This document shows, piece after piece, positions 30,783 to 40,499 of a stretch of 45,309 bases of DNA (its first letter is position 1; the number at the start of each line of letters is the position of its first letter). The stretch lies in IMG/VR virus record IMGVR_UViG_3300005294_000003, positions 1 to 45,309 of that record; one strand, written 5' to 3'. Made by a program: the position numbers and the translations under genes. Below the pieces are notes generated by a model. That model made no database searches and was not told where the DNA came from. It saw only the letters and a program-made list of their open reading frames with translations. This stretch comes from a virus.

Positions 30783-32997
30783 GAATTGTCATAGGGTAAG
30801 GCTGATCTTGCTTTATGCTGATTTTGCCATCATCACTAATACCTTCGGTAGTTACTTCCATATCACCAGTGTAGGGCGTTACGCCTCCAGGTGTGACATA
30901 TTCTAAAGGCTGGCCGTTGCCTCTACCGCCAATAGTGTTGCGTAGACGTGCCCAAATCTTTTTCCAAACTCTGGTTAAGCCCTCAACCATCTGCCCTTCA
31001 ACAGCAGGTTTCATTGTTATAAATTCACTATCATAATGAAGGCCAACCTCGGCCTTTCCATCCCACACTGCATCTAGTTCAATCTGTCCATCAACTACGA
31101 GTTTTTGCCCAATATAGGAATTACCTAAAATAACATCAACAAGTTTACCTTCTAAGTGTCCAAGGTTAGTAAGAAAGCTAGTAGGAGAGCTACTGAGATC
31201 GTATAAGACAGCACTATCAGTTTGAAGAGAAGTCCAGGGGCGATCTGCAAGTTCAGTAGCATCGTCATCAAATACTTCAATATATTGCTCCTGAACTCCT
31301 TGTATAGTTCTTTCAACTATACAATAAACTAAATCAGGTTTACCAGAAGTTTGTGGTACACAGGCGACAGCACGGAACAAACCATCTGTTACAATTCTAG
31401 TAAAACCAATAACTTTCTCATGATGAAAATAAGTTAAAGTTATTAATTCTCCATCATCACGTACCCAATATAAACGTGAGTCTGGCCGTTTGGCGAAAGC
31501 TGATGGGCCGAGCCTTATGCCGGTCCCTGTTATATGACTAGCGGGACCAGTTAATTCTAGTGCATCAAATCCATCCTCCTCAATATTAAAAGCAATAGAG
31601 TAAATCTGTTTACGACTTCTATCAACAAATATAACACGCCTACTTATGACTGTAGGTTGTATAGGAGAAGAACCATGCTCTGTTGATTTCTCTTCAAATG
31701 GTATTTTATCACCACCAAGAGCTTCTCCATCTTTACCACTTGTAATTCTATGTTCTGTGCCGGCAGTGCCTACAAACAATGCTAAATTGTTAGCTAGCCA
31801 TTGAATAGGATTCAATCCTTTAGTAGCTATAGTATATTCAACTGCCCTCCCGGCAGATACACCAGTTGCATATTTATTATAATCGTCAGGTTCTGAGGCC
31901 CACCATGTATTAGGTTGTGCAAATGTTGATGCCTGAATCTGCCTACCAGACCAAAAATCACCAGTAGCAGGAAAACCATTAATTATGCTCCATGATTCAA
32001 CTTCAAGCGTCCAGGCACCAGCTACAGTTGCAGGAGGGTCTGCATCCTCGGCTCCCTCCATAACACTTAAAATTTCACCAATAATATTAAGTGGGTCAGT
32101 AACTGTTGTTATCTTGACTAAACCACCATATATAGAAATATACTTACCAACATCTGCCGCTCTGAATGCATTAGAACCTGCTGCTAATCCTACTTTAGCA
32201 CCAATAGGCTCTTTTTTATCTGGATTTAAAGTAGTTTGTGGTGATAAATCTAAGAGCCATTCACCGGCTGGTATTGGATTTGTATTAGGAAATGCATCAA
32301 TAATATCAACACGCACATGATCGTTAGGCGAAGCAATATCGCCTCCGCTAGCACCAAGTGCAGTAATAATACCTCGTGATGCACCATAAACTATCTGTCT
32401 ACCAACATCGGCTTCAAAGAATACTGGTGCGGAGGCTGCAAATATTACAGATAGCCCTGATACTGCACCAGGGGTAAGTGTAATTGTCCCTCCTGATATA
32501 TCTGTTTTTGCTTGGAAGGAGGGTGGTGGTAAATAGGTGATAGGTTGCAAAGACCAACTAGTATCACTAATACGGCTAAGACGCTGCTGACGAAGTAAAC
32601 GATTCCACAGGAATAATACGTCATTAAGCTGTGCGAAATGCGTCGTACGTAGTATATCCTCTGCGTATGGCGAAACAATTTCAACAGGTAATCCACCGCC
32701 TCCTAGTAATTGCGTTTTACCTTTAATGAATCTATTGTATAAATCACCAAATTCTACAATGTAACTATTTTCAACACTAGATTCAAATGGAAACAATATT
32801 GCATCTTTTGTTTTATCTTTAACTTTAGCAATTAAACGTAGGCCAGGGCGTCGGTCCAATCCACCTTGTCTTAATAGATTAAAGTTTTCTATCTTAGAAC
32901 CGCCCTCAAAATATGCAGCTAAATCTGGGCGGCCCTCTAGTAATGGATCAAGCTCACCTTTTGAAGCATTAGTTAGTAAACGTCTAGCATCAGACAT
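30745..32997 (-). CDS. Tail tubular protein B / nozzle (750 aa)
   Basis: N-terminus KGELDPLLEGRPDLAAYFEGGSKIENFNLLRQGGLDRRPGL parallels T7 gp12 KGGISQQPDILRYPDQG...GLQKRPP; follows the gp11-like gene. Confidence 0.65.
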   Translation of the reverse strand: MSDARRLLTNASKGELDPLLEGRPDLAAYFEGGSKIENFNLLRQGGLDRRPGLRLIAKVKDKTKDAILFPFESSVENSYIVEFGDLYNRFIKGKTQLLGGGGLPVEIVSPYAEDILRTTHFAQLNDVLFLWNRLLRQQRLSRISDTSWSLQPITYLPPPSFQAKTDISGGTITLTPGAVSGLSVIFAASAPVFFEADVGRQIVYGASRGIITALGASGGDIASPNDHVRVDIIDAFPNTNPIPAGEWLLDLSPQTTLNPDKKEPIGAKVGLAAGSNAFRAADVGKYISIYGGLVKITTVTDPLNIIGEILSVMEGAEDADPPATVAGAWTLEVESWSIINGFPATGDFWSGRQIQASTFAQPNTWWASEPDDYNKYATGVSAGRAVEYTIATKGLNPIQWLANNLALFVGTAGTEHRITSGKDGEALGGDKIPFEEKSTEHGSSPIQPTVISRRVIFVDRSRKQIYSIAFNIEEDGFDALELTGPASHITGTGIRLGPSAFAKRPDSRLYWVRDDGELITLTYFHHEKVIGFTRIVTDGLFRAVACVPQTSGKPDLVYCIVERTIQGVQEQYIEVFDDDATELADRPWTSLQTDSAVLYDLSSSPTSFLTNLGHLEGKLVDVILGNSYIGQKLVVDGQIELDAVWDGKAEVGLHYDSEFITMKPAVEGQMVEGLTRVWKKIWARLRNTIGGRGNGQPLEYVTPGGVTPYTGDMEVTTEGISDDGKISIKQDQPYPMTILAVFGDIQFGNP

Positions 32998-33603
32998 TTA
33001 GCGACCCCATAACAAATCATCAACTATAGTTCTTTCTGGCGGGCCTTCTTGTCCGTCAACCGATGATGCAAATGGTAACCACAGATTCATTGCTTCTGTC
33101 ATCAATGATTCAGCAAGTCTTACATCAGCTTTAATTGCCCGTGCAAGTCTTGAAGCCAAGGCTGTTTGTGCAAGTTGGTAAAACAACGGATCAAACAAAG
33201 CAGGATTATCTATATCTTGTGTATAGACAATTCTGACTTCTGCCTCCGAACTCAGAAGCCTATTTTTGCCTTCAATTTTATAATGTCCAACATACCCCAT
33301 CCAATATTGTGGGTCTCCAGTAATCTGTAATAGATGCCCATTGTATTCGCGAATGCACAAATGTCGTGCTGGTAATGCGTAGGAGAATGCGAATTCAAAT
33401 GCTGGCGTTGGCAAAACTTGTTGTAGCTTTGCCCGGGCCTCGGCAAAATTCCATCTACTGCTGCGTAGCATAGCCTCACGCATTGGCGGCCAATATGTTT
33501 TACACCAATTAGCTTGCAACTTATTGTCATCAATACCTTGTATTCTGGCTTCTTTAATCATGCCTAATGCGCCATTTAGAAACTCAGTCTCACTAGCAGA
33601 CAT
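32998..33603 (-). CDS. Tail tubular protein A / adaptor (201 aa)
   Basis: LNGALGMIKEARIQGIDD...REAMLRSSRWNFA parallels T7 gp11 N-terminus (NDILASIGEPPV...IQSRGWTFN). Confidence 0.6.
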   Translation of the reverse strand: MSASETEFLNGALGMIKEARIQGIDDNKLQANWCKTYWPPMREAMLRSSRWNFAEARAKLQQVLPTPAFEFAFSYALPARHLCIREYNGHLLQITGDPQYWMGYVGHYKIEGKNRLLSSEAEVRIVYTQDIDNPALFDPLFYQLAQTALASRLARAIKADVRLAESLMTEAMNLWLPFASSVDGQEGPPERTIVDDLLWGR

Positions 33604-34182
33604 TTAACGGCTCCTTACTACAAATTTGGCATAGCCTTCATTACCTCTAGCATCTAAATTATTACCCAATGAAAATACATTCATGTGTTTGAAGATTTTA
33701 GTATACCACCATTCTTGATTTTTAACAGTCATATGAAGCGTTTCACCTATTTCTCTACCACAATAATCTTCAAACATGGCTATTTGTAGATAACCACCTT
33801 TGCGCGTAGTTTGTGCTATGCTTCGTAATGCATCATCAATTTTCTCTTCTGGTATATGTTCAAGTACGTCAACACAATAGACCCAATCCCATTGCAAACC
33901 AGTCTTAAACAATTCCCAAATATTTGCTGTAATAACAGGTAAATCTTCAACATCGACTGCTTTAGTACAAAAGTCCAGCAAAACTACTTTCAAACCACGG
34001 GCCGCGAGCGCCGCCCCCGCCCGTCCTGTACCACAACCTAAATCAACAAGTGTATCACCAAGCTTCCAGGCGCAATGCTTAAGAAAATTATCAATGGCGT
34101 TTTCACCAGGTGACCATTGCCTATAACTTTGTTTATCCCACATCTTATTATATTTCTGTAGCTCTATTTCATGTAAACTCAT
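33604..34182 (-). CDS. Class I SAM-dependent methyltransferase (192 aa)
   Basis: Motif I VDLGCGTGRAGAALA, acidic loop VVLLDF, post-I CVDVLEHIP; no DPPY/NPPY or cytosine-5 motifs. Confidence 0.8.
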   Translation of the reverse strand: MSLHEIELQKYNKMWDKQSYRQWSPGENAIDNFLKHCAWKLGDTLVDLGCGTGRAGAALAARGLKVVLLDFCTKAVDVEDLPVITANIWELFKTGLQWDWVYCVDVLEHIPEEKIDDALRSIAQTTRKGGYLQIAMFEDYCGREIGETLHMTVKNQEWWYTKIFKHMNVFSLGNNLDARGNEGYAKFVVRSR

Positions 34183-34484
34183 CGTATCTCCAATGTCATT
34201 GGTGTTGCTGCTTCTATGCCAGCCAATCTTATGTTGTTGTATTGATCTGTAGTTATTAAAAGACTAGTATGTGCTTGTTCAACCAATGCTTGCACAACGT
34301 CCCAACTACCGTCACGTAACGACCATAAAAACAAAGGCATCGCCGTCAGCAATGTATTTAGAGTTAGAGGGTCTGCTGCAAAAATGTTTTTAAGTAAACG
34401 CTCAAACGTTACCTCTGGTTTTGGTATTATAGTTGTGCTAAGATGTCTAGGACTACCCATTTCTATCGTTGAAGAACCAACCAA
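34179..34484 (-). CDS. Hypothetical protein (101 aa)
   Basis: ORF between tail fibre and methyltransferase genes, overlaps both. Confidence 0.45.
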   Translation of the reverse strand: MVGSSTIEMGSPRHLSTTIIPKPEVTFERLLKNIFAADPLTLNTLLTAMPLFLWSLRDGSWDVVQALVEQAHTSLLITTDQYNNIRLAGIEAATPMTLEIR

Positions 34485-35928
34485 GTGTTACAATACGCAC
34501 CGGGTTATCAACCCCGGCCCTGTATCTAAATTGTCTAGATGTATCAAGTCTAATTCTAGCTTGAGAGCCACTTCGCGTACCGCCATTACCTGTTGTAAAC
34601 AATGGCGCCACTGTATCACTAGGAGCCATGTCAACTGTTGCCAATGAACTAAGATAGACATAGGTAGCATTACCAGCAAAAGCATTAACAAGTGCAGTTA
34701 ATGCAATACCGGTAGGTGCCCCCAATAATGTTCCAACTTTAGCAAGAATACCAGGTGTAGGATCATTGACACCTAGTAATGGTGTTTTACGTTCGAAAAA
34801 TCCAGTGTCTATATGATGATTTAGTGGTACTATAATACCACCTTCACGTAAGAATACCCATAACATGCGCTTCTTGGTTCCACCATCTGGGAGAGTTGGA
34901 TTTAGTAATTGGCTAAAGCATATGTCGTCAGAACCCCCAGAACGTCTAAACTGGTATCCAAACCAAGTTCCATCAGCTAATGCTTCTGTGGCAATGCGAC
35001 CACCTGCAGCGGAACCTGCGGCCCAAACTGCATCTAATTGTTTAGTCATTGCAGGAGTTACTAACAACACGCGATTTGCAGCTAAAACATCATCGGAAGC
35101 ACATTCACATGCAGTAATGTCAATATCATTGGTTGCATCAGCAGCATTATTTGTAAATTGACCACCATATTTGTAGCCACGTGTACCTGTTGAAGAAATT
35201 GTAAACGGCTGACCAGCGCCACCATCAACAAATGAAATACCAGAACCGGCAGTTACTATACGTTCAGTAGTTAGCTCACCATGTGCTCCAACAACTAAAT
35301 AACTTGCATTATTTGGTGCGGCATCCAAAGCCGCCCGGCCGGTTGAATCTTTAGTTAAACCTATACCATCCCTTAATGCTAATAAACTAGCAGCAGCAAC
35401 GCCTGTACCACCATCTATAATAGGTACGGGGCTAATTAACGTACCAATACTAGTAACAATACCCCATTTAATTTTACCAGAAGGCGCATCATAATATGAA
35501 AAACGTTGGTTAATAGGATCGTCAACTTCAACATTTCTAAATAGAGACTTGTTAGCAAATTTTAAACATCTACCAAAAATCTCCAATGCCATTTGGTTAA
35601 ATTTGGCAACTTTGTCAAAATCTCTATTAAGACGTTCGTGAACTGTAGCTTGTCCTTCATTTGGTGTATAAACACTAAGATTTTGTGCTTTTTGATTTCT
35701 AGTTACAACTATATTAGCATTAATTTCTGGAAATGGTTCTAGGAATATGACATCAAAAGTAGAATTGCCAATACCATCAAGCTCATAATCAATATCAACA
35801 GTTTTAACATCGTCACCTACTTGGACTAGTACCTCGGATTTATCATCAATCTTAAAATCAACAGTGAAAGGCCCCTCGGTCCCATCACCCAAAAGCTCGA
35901 TTCGGCCGTCATTTTCCGCAATGGTCAT
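34453..35928 (-). CDS. Tail fibre / receptor-binding protein (491 aa)
   Basis: N-terminal GDGTEGPFTVDFKIDDKSEVLV...VDIDYEL pattern and IDGGTGVAAASLLALRDGIGL motif common in phage fibres. Confidence 0.6.
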   Translation of the reverse strand: MTIAENDGRIELLGDGTEGPFTVDFKIDDKSEVLVQVGDDVKTVDIDYELDGIGNSTFDVIFLEPFPEINANIVVTRNQKAQNLSVYTPNEGQATVHERLNRDFDKVAKFNQMALEIFGRCLKFANKSLFRNVEVDDPINQRFSYYDAPSGKIKWGIVTSIGTLISPVPIIDGGTGVAAASLLALRDGIGLTKDSTGRAALDAAPNNASYLVVGAHGELTTERIVTAGSGISFVDGGAGQPFTISSTGTRGYKYGGQFTNNAADATNDIDITACECASDDVLAANRVLLVTPAMTKQLDAVWAAGSAAGGRIATEALADGTWFGYQFRRSGGSDDICFSQLLNPTLPDGGTKKRMLWVFLREGGIIVPLNHHIDTGFFERKTPLLGVNDPTPGILAKVGTLLGAPTGIALTALVNAFAGNATYVYLSSLATVDMAPSDTVAPLFTTGNGGTRSGSQARIRLDTSRQFRYRAGVDNPVRIVTLGWFFNDRNG

Positions 35929-36200
35929 GGTTCAACCCTCAATGAACAACCTTTACCAATATGTGGCATTATGACAAGATCGTCAACGACCGAGCCATGA
36001 GCACATGCACCAAGACCAGTTACTTTCTGTGTTATTAAATCAATTAGCATTATAGACAAACCTGGATACCTTTCCTTATAAACTCTACAACGCGAAGCCC
36101 CAGGCGACCCAGGTATGCCAACTATTTCCAAGTTATTGCAACGCATACCATTTGGCATACAACACAAACCACATTGATTACATGTTCCAACAAGCTTCAA
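35925..36200 (-). CDS. YkgJ/UPF0153-type CxxCxxCC metal-cluster protein (91 aa)
   Basis: CNQCGLCC followed by CNNL...SRCRVYKERYPG, the two signature blocks of the family. Confidence 0.55.
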   Translation of the reverse strand: MKLVGTCNQCGLCCMPNGMRCNNLEIVGIPGSPGASRCRVYKERYPGLSIMLIDLITQKVTGLGACAHGSVVDDLVIMPHIGKGCSLRVEP

Positions 36201-36559
36201 TTCAAAATGCTCCCTGTTTTCTTGCTATCAACTGGTTGTGGCATAGCTGGCTGTGAGAAAACAATAGGAGGAGGCGCTGGGTTCTCAACACCACAAAATG
36301 ATGCTGTTGGTATAGATCCCGTTGTGTTCTTACTTACAATACGATAACGAACACTACCAATAGGCGTTGTTTTGTCTTCATATGAACAAATAAGGCCGAT
36401 GCATGTGACATCGACACCGATTGTAGTCCATGGTGCGTTGTCGATCGAACGTTGAATATCATAACTGACGGCGGTTGATGTTGGTGACCATTCGATTGTA
36501 AACGCGTTTGCTACGGTCGGTATCAGTAACATGGCAAGGATTAGTATTCTCATTGTCAT
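36197..36559 (-). CDS. Secreted Fn3/Ig-like protein (120 aa)
   Basis: Signal peptide MTMRILILAMLLIPTVANA; FTIEWSPTSTAVSYDIQRSIDNAPWTTIG looks Fn3-like. Confidence 0.5.
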   Translation of the reverse strand: MTMRILILAMLLIPTVANAFTIEWSPTSTAVSYDIQRSIDNAPWTTIGVDVTCIGLICSYEDKTTPIGSVRYRIVSKNTTGSIPTASFCGVENPAPPPIVFSQPAMPQPVDSKKTGSILN

Positions 36560-36562
36560 CTC

Positions 36563-37297
36563 CTAGTCGATCATTGTAGTACCGAAGCCACCACCAATAA
36601 CACCACCACCAATTAATACTTCTGTGACAGCAACAGCGATAGCACTAGAGCTAGCAGATGCTTGCGTCCAACCTGCTGCAACGTCGGAAGATGCGATGGT
36701 GTCATATTTATAAACTGCTCCAACAGGAGGATTTGTAAATAAAACTTCTGCCGTCGGAACACTCCAACCTGCTGTCGGTGTTATATTACCTGCGCCAGTA
36801 ATATTTGTTACAAATCCAATAGCAACAAAAGCAGTTCGACCGGCAAGAGCCATCGTTACTGATGGATTAGCACCAGTACCATTAATAGTTGTATCAACAT
36901 CAACATATTCTGTATTACGCGCTGACGACAAGGCTAGAACCGTAACACTTTTATTAGCACTTCCAGTTACATTGACTACAACCGTTTGTAAACCAGTTGG
37001 TATGTTTGATCCAAGGAAATATTTGTAAATACAGCGTTGTGATGCCATACAAACAGGCGAACCTGCCGCCGCAACCATAATAACGCCGCCATAAGTCGGT
37101 GTACTTACCTGACTTACACCCGAAGCAGAGTCTTGCAAAACCCATAAAAGAATAGCACCAGGCGTGCATGATGGCGTAAATGAAAACGAAAAATTACCCG
37201 TGCTATTAGCAGGCGTATTACCATTACAATACGCGACAGTACCGAAGGCAGGTGCTGCCAGTAATAGCAATAGAATTGTAAATAATAATTTAATCAA
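36563..37297 (-). CDS. Secreted beta-rich protein (244 aa)
   Basis: Signal peptide MIKLLFTILLLLLAAPAFG; Gly-rich C-terminus LIGGGVIGGGFG. Confidence 0.5.
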   Translation of the reverse strand: MIKLLFTILLLLLAAPAFGTVAYCNGNTPANSTGNFSFSFTPSCTPGAILLWVLQDSASGVSQVSTPTYGGVIMVAAAGSPVCMASQRCIYKYFLGSNIPTGLQTVVVNVTGSANKSVTVLALSSARNTEYVDVDTTINGTGANPSVTMALAGRTAFVAIGFVTNITGAGNITPTAGWSVPTAEVLFTNPPVGAVYKYDTIASSDVAAGWTQASASSSAIAVAVTEVLIGGGVIGGGFGTTMID

Positions 37298-39528
37298 TGA
37301 ATTCTCCCTCTATGCCCTACACCAACGATCGGTGAGTCTGGTGGATCACCACTCAAATTGCCACCACCAAAATTATCGCCTTGTGCGGCGCCACCTAAAC
37401 CAATACCAATAAATCCGCCATTAGGTGCGTTTGTAATCGGAGCTTGTCCTATTCGATAACAGATTCCATTGCTGGCTCTACAATATATTAATGACGCCAA
37501 TCCATTATCGTTGTCGTTATATCGTCCACCAAATTTATCACCAACCGCCATATCCCAACCAAGATTAACAGGAGCCAATGGCTCTGAATAAATACCATCA
37601 ATACGTCTAGCAATACGGCAAGTATCATTATTAACACCTGTTACTCTAGTACAAGCAAAAAATACACGATTATTCTGATCAACACCAAGAAACTGTGCTT
37701 GATACCAGTTTCCATCCTCTGCAACTAATGTTGCAATATCGTAGTAGACTTCTTGTTTTTGATCGAAATCAGTAATATATCGTGCAACATGTGTATTTGC
37801 GTCGACAAGACCGGGCGTTGCTTTATTACTAGATATAACAACGCCGCTACCAACAACACTAACAAAATTAGGTATAACACCGTCGGCCCCTGTAAATGTT
37901 GAAAGTAATGGCGTAGTAAATCCTGCGTCTTCTGGGAATGGTTCAATCGCACCTTGTAGACATTGTGGTGGTATTGCTCCACCTAGAGCTTGAATATCTG
38001 CGGTAACGTCTGCAATAGGACGTGCTAATGGAGGACCACTACAATTGACACATGGATTTCCATTTGATCCAGCGGTGGCTGTAAACGAGGTTCCAAAAGC
38101 GCGACCAGCCGTAGTTGTTGCATCTTTAATACGTTGATTCATAGGCCATGGCCATAATGGTACCGTGCTAGGTGTCGTGCCTCCTGGTGTCCAACGAAAA
38201 CATAAATTACCACCTGTAGTGCTAGTCCATGGACTCTGTGCTGACGCCTGTAATCCTGCAATACTACTTGCTGCTTGTAGATCAGTTACGACCCAAGGTG
38301 TCGCAGTTACCGCATCACCTGCACCACGTACTGATGTTGCATGTGTTAAAGTGACATCAGATATTTGTGTTGTAAAAACAAATCCCCAAATATCATTAAA
38401 GTCTGGATTGGACGGATGTACTAGTACCCATGCATCCTCTATATGCATCCCAATAAGACGGTGACCTCCAGACGATACATGAAAGACAGAACCTTTACCA
38501 AATAATTGATCACCACTAAATCGCTCTGTTGCGTTTAGATATCCTAAACTTCCATAGACTCTAGAATTCATTACCGTAGGAGGTGGATTTCCCGCAGTAG
38601 GCGGGTCCGTTGGTCTAGCACGTAGTCGATAAAAGCCATCGATACAGAATGGTGTAGAAACTATACCCCAACCAGGACAATTATCATTGTCGGTTGATGA
38701 AGAATTAATGGCTGTTCCTACGGAATTTGTAACGTTCCAAGACGCAGGATAAGATGCCTCCGACCACGTAATGAGACAATTTTCACAACGATGATTTGGA
38801 GTACCACCATATCCTGCTTGAATGCACTCTTTCTGCGCGGTGTTGCTTGATCCACCTTCGTTTCGACACCAGACTCGTCGTAAAGTTAATCCAATACTAC
38901 CAGCAGTACCACTACCGCCATAATGATGAACAGTGATACCCGAAGTACCAAAAAATGCGGAATCCTCTATAAGATTTGCAGGACCCTCACGGCCATTTAC
39001 GTTATTAATAAAAATAGCTGTACCCTTGCTAAATTCTCCGTCCCAGGCTACAACGCGACGAATAATATTACCAGCTGATCTATAAAATTGAATTACTTCA
39101 CGTGTACCTTGTTTTGCATTAAAACCTTCAAGAACCCAATAATCATTACTATGTGGTACGCTATTACGTATACCACCAAGATTAACGGGGCGGCGCGTAA
39201 ATTGACCATCAATAGTAACTAATCCATCATTCAATGCGCGAATAGTAATTGGTAACGATGCAGTACCACTCAAATTTACAGGACCTAAATCACCAGGATT
39301 AATTACGTAATCTGCACCTTGATAAGTACCATTCATCAAACATAACGTCTTGCCAGGCATTTGTGATGCAGCAACAATTGTATAGAATTTGGTTATTGTG
39401 ATTGGATTATTTGTGTCTAATCCACTATTAGTAGACAATCCTGTAGGGGATGCATAATAGTTACAAGCTTGCGCCCAAGCATTTGATGCAAATAGTAGAA
39501 CGAAGACTAACGATAAAAGAAATTGCAT
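37294..39528 (-). CDS. Secreted right-handed beta-helix (DUF1565/pectate-lyase-like) protein (744 aa)
   Basis: Signal peptide MQFLLSLVFVLLFASNAWA; YYASPTGLSTNSGLDTNNPITI...GKTLCLMNGTYQG is the usual start of beta-helix polysaccharide-active enzymes. Confidence 0.6.
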   Translation of the reverse strand: MQFLLSLVFVLLFASNAWAQACNYYASPTGLSTNSGLDTNNPITITKFYTIVAASQMPGKTLCLMNGTYQGADYVINPGDLGPVNLSGTASLPITIRALNDGLVTIDGQFTRRPVNLGGIRNSVPHSNDYWVLEGFNAKQGTREVIQFYRSAGNIIRRVVAWDGEFSKGTAIFINNVNGREGPANLIEDSAFFGTSGITVHHYGGSGTAGSIGLTLRRVWCRNEGGSSNTAQKECIQAGYGGTPNHRCENCLITWSEASYPASWNVTNSVGTAINSSSTDNDNCPGWGIVSTPFCIDGFYRLRARPTDPPTAGNPPPTVMNSRVYGSLGYLNATERFSGDQLFGKGSVFHVSSGGHRLIGMHIEDAWVLVHPSNPDFNDIWGFVFTTQISDVTLTHATSVRGAGDAVTATPWVVTDLQAASSIAGLQASAQSPWTSTTGGNLCFRWTPGGTTPSTVPLWPWPMNQRIKDATTTAGRAFGTSFTATAGSNGNPCVNCSGPPLARPIADVTADIQALGGAIPPQCLQGAIEPFPEDAGFTTPLLSTFTGADGVIPNFVSVVGSGVVISSNKATPGLVDANTHVARYITDFDQKQEVYYDIATLVAEDGNWYQAQFLGVDQNNRVFFACTRVTGVNNDTCRIARRIDGIYSEPLAPVNLGWDMAVGDKFGGRYNDNDNGLASLIYCRASNGICYRIGQAPITNAPNGGFIGIGLGGAAQGDNFGGGNLSGDPPDSPIVGVGHRGRIH

Positions 39529-40499
39529 AGAACCTCCCCGGTTGCTACTGCTGCGGTACTATTGTTAGCCAACGCTGTTGTGAAACGACTACCAATTGAT
39601 GTTGCAAATGCGATACCATCTGGAGGAATTGGTAATGCGTGACCACCACCAGTAGTAGAACCAGGAATTAGAAATTTAATAACGGGTGTCTCGGCCGAGG
39701 TTGGTGTGTCGTCATTATATATTTTGATATATGCCACAGCCGCATTGATATTCGTACAATCTCCGCCATACAATACGCCAGCACTAGCTTTTATAGATGC
39801 TGCATCCTGGTTGGCAGCAGCAGCACTCTCCACGACTTTTGCTGACATTCCATTTTCAGGAATATAAACAGCAATAGCACCCGTCGTTAGATCAACACGA
39901 CATGGAACCTGCCGCCCCTCCGTCCATGATGGATTGCTAGCAGTTGCTTTACAAATTAAGACTGGTTGTTTGGCAGTAGAATTTGTAGAATCATCCGCTG
40001 AATTACCTAGAACAATCCAAGGACTTGTTTGTTGAGTTACACCAACGTTGCCAGTAATACCGACGGTACCTGAGATAACACCGCTAGAACCACCACTACC
40101 ACCCCCACCAAATTGTGTCGTAAGAATATGAACTGACGCAGTACCTGTTATTGTGTCAGAGCCACGAACTCTAATATTCGTTAAAGCGTTAGTAATAGCC
40201 CATTGACCAGCGACGCCATCAGTAAATGTACCTGTGGCAGAACCACCAATAGAACTACCAGTAATCGAAAACCATGATTGCCTATTGTCAATTGAACCTT
40301 CAAATTGCAGAGGGCCGGTGAATGTACCAGTTATGCTTATAGTAGCATTTGATGCACCGGCAGTGTTTACTTCTACACAAGCAAAAACAACGCAATCATC
40401 ACTATTAGTAGTGATGGTGCCTATATTAGCAGTTACTGCGTCTGCTTGCGCAGGCAACAACAATAAGAACAGAAATAATAAACTAATCAGTCGCATCAT
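39507..40499 (-). CDS. Secreted Gly/Thr/Ser-rich protein (330 aa from ATG 40499)
   Basis: GGAG SD before ATG 40499; signal peptide MMRLISLLFLFLLLLPAQADA; poly-Gly linker GGGGSGGSSG. Confidence 0.5.
   Translation of the reverse strand: MMRLISLLFLFLLLLPAQADAVTANIGTITTNSDDCVVFACVEVNTAGASNATISITGTFTGPLQFEGSIDNRQSWFSITGSSIGGSATGTFTDGVAGQWAITNALTNIRVRGSDTITGTASVHILTTQFGGGGSGGSSGVISGTVGITGNVGVTQQTSPWIVLGNSADDSTNSTAKQPVLICKATASNPSWTEGRQVPCRVDLTTGAIAVYIPENGMSAKVVESAAAANQDAASIKASAGVLYGGDCTNINAAVAYIKIYNDDTPTSAETPVIKFLIPGSTTGGGHALPIPPDGIAFATSIGSRFTTALANNSTAAVATGEVLCNFFYR

Noticed and set aside
25922-32320. Plus-strand ORFs inside the internal-virion and nozzle genes (25922-26206, 26523-26744, 27516-27977, 28510-28725, 29528-29716, 30471-30726, 31985-32320) and nested minus-frame ORFs (28117-28347, 28395-28709, 32445-32696)
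   Set aside because: All are nested in much longer ORFs that fit the operon structure. None has independent signals.
34453-35928. Diversity-generating retroelement targeting the tail fibre, prompted by the Bbp19-like gene
   Set aside because: The genome has no reverse-transcriptase-sized ORF with YxDD, no Avd-like gene, and no template or variable repeat pair that I could see near the fibre 3' end.
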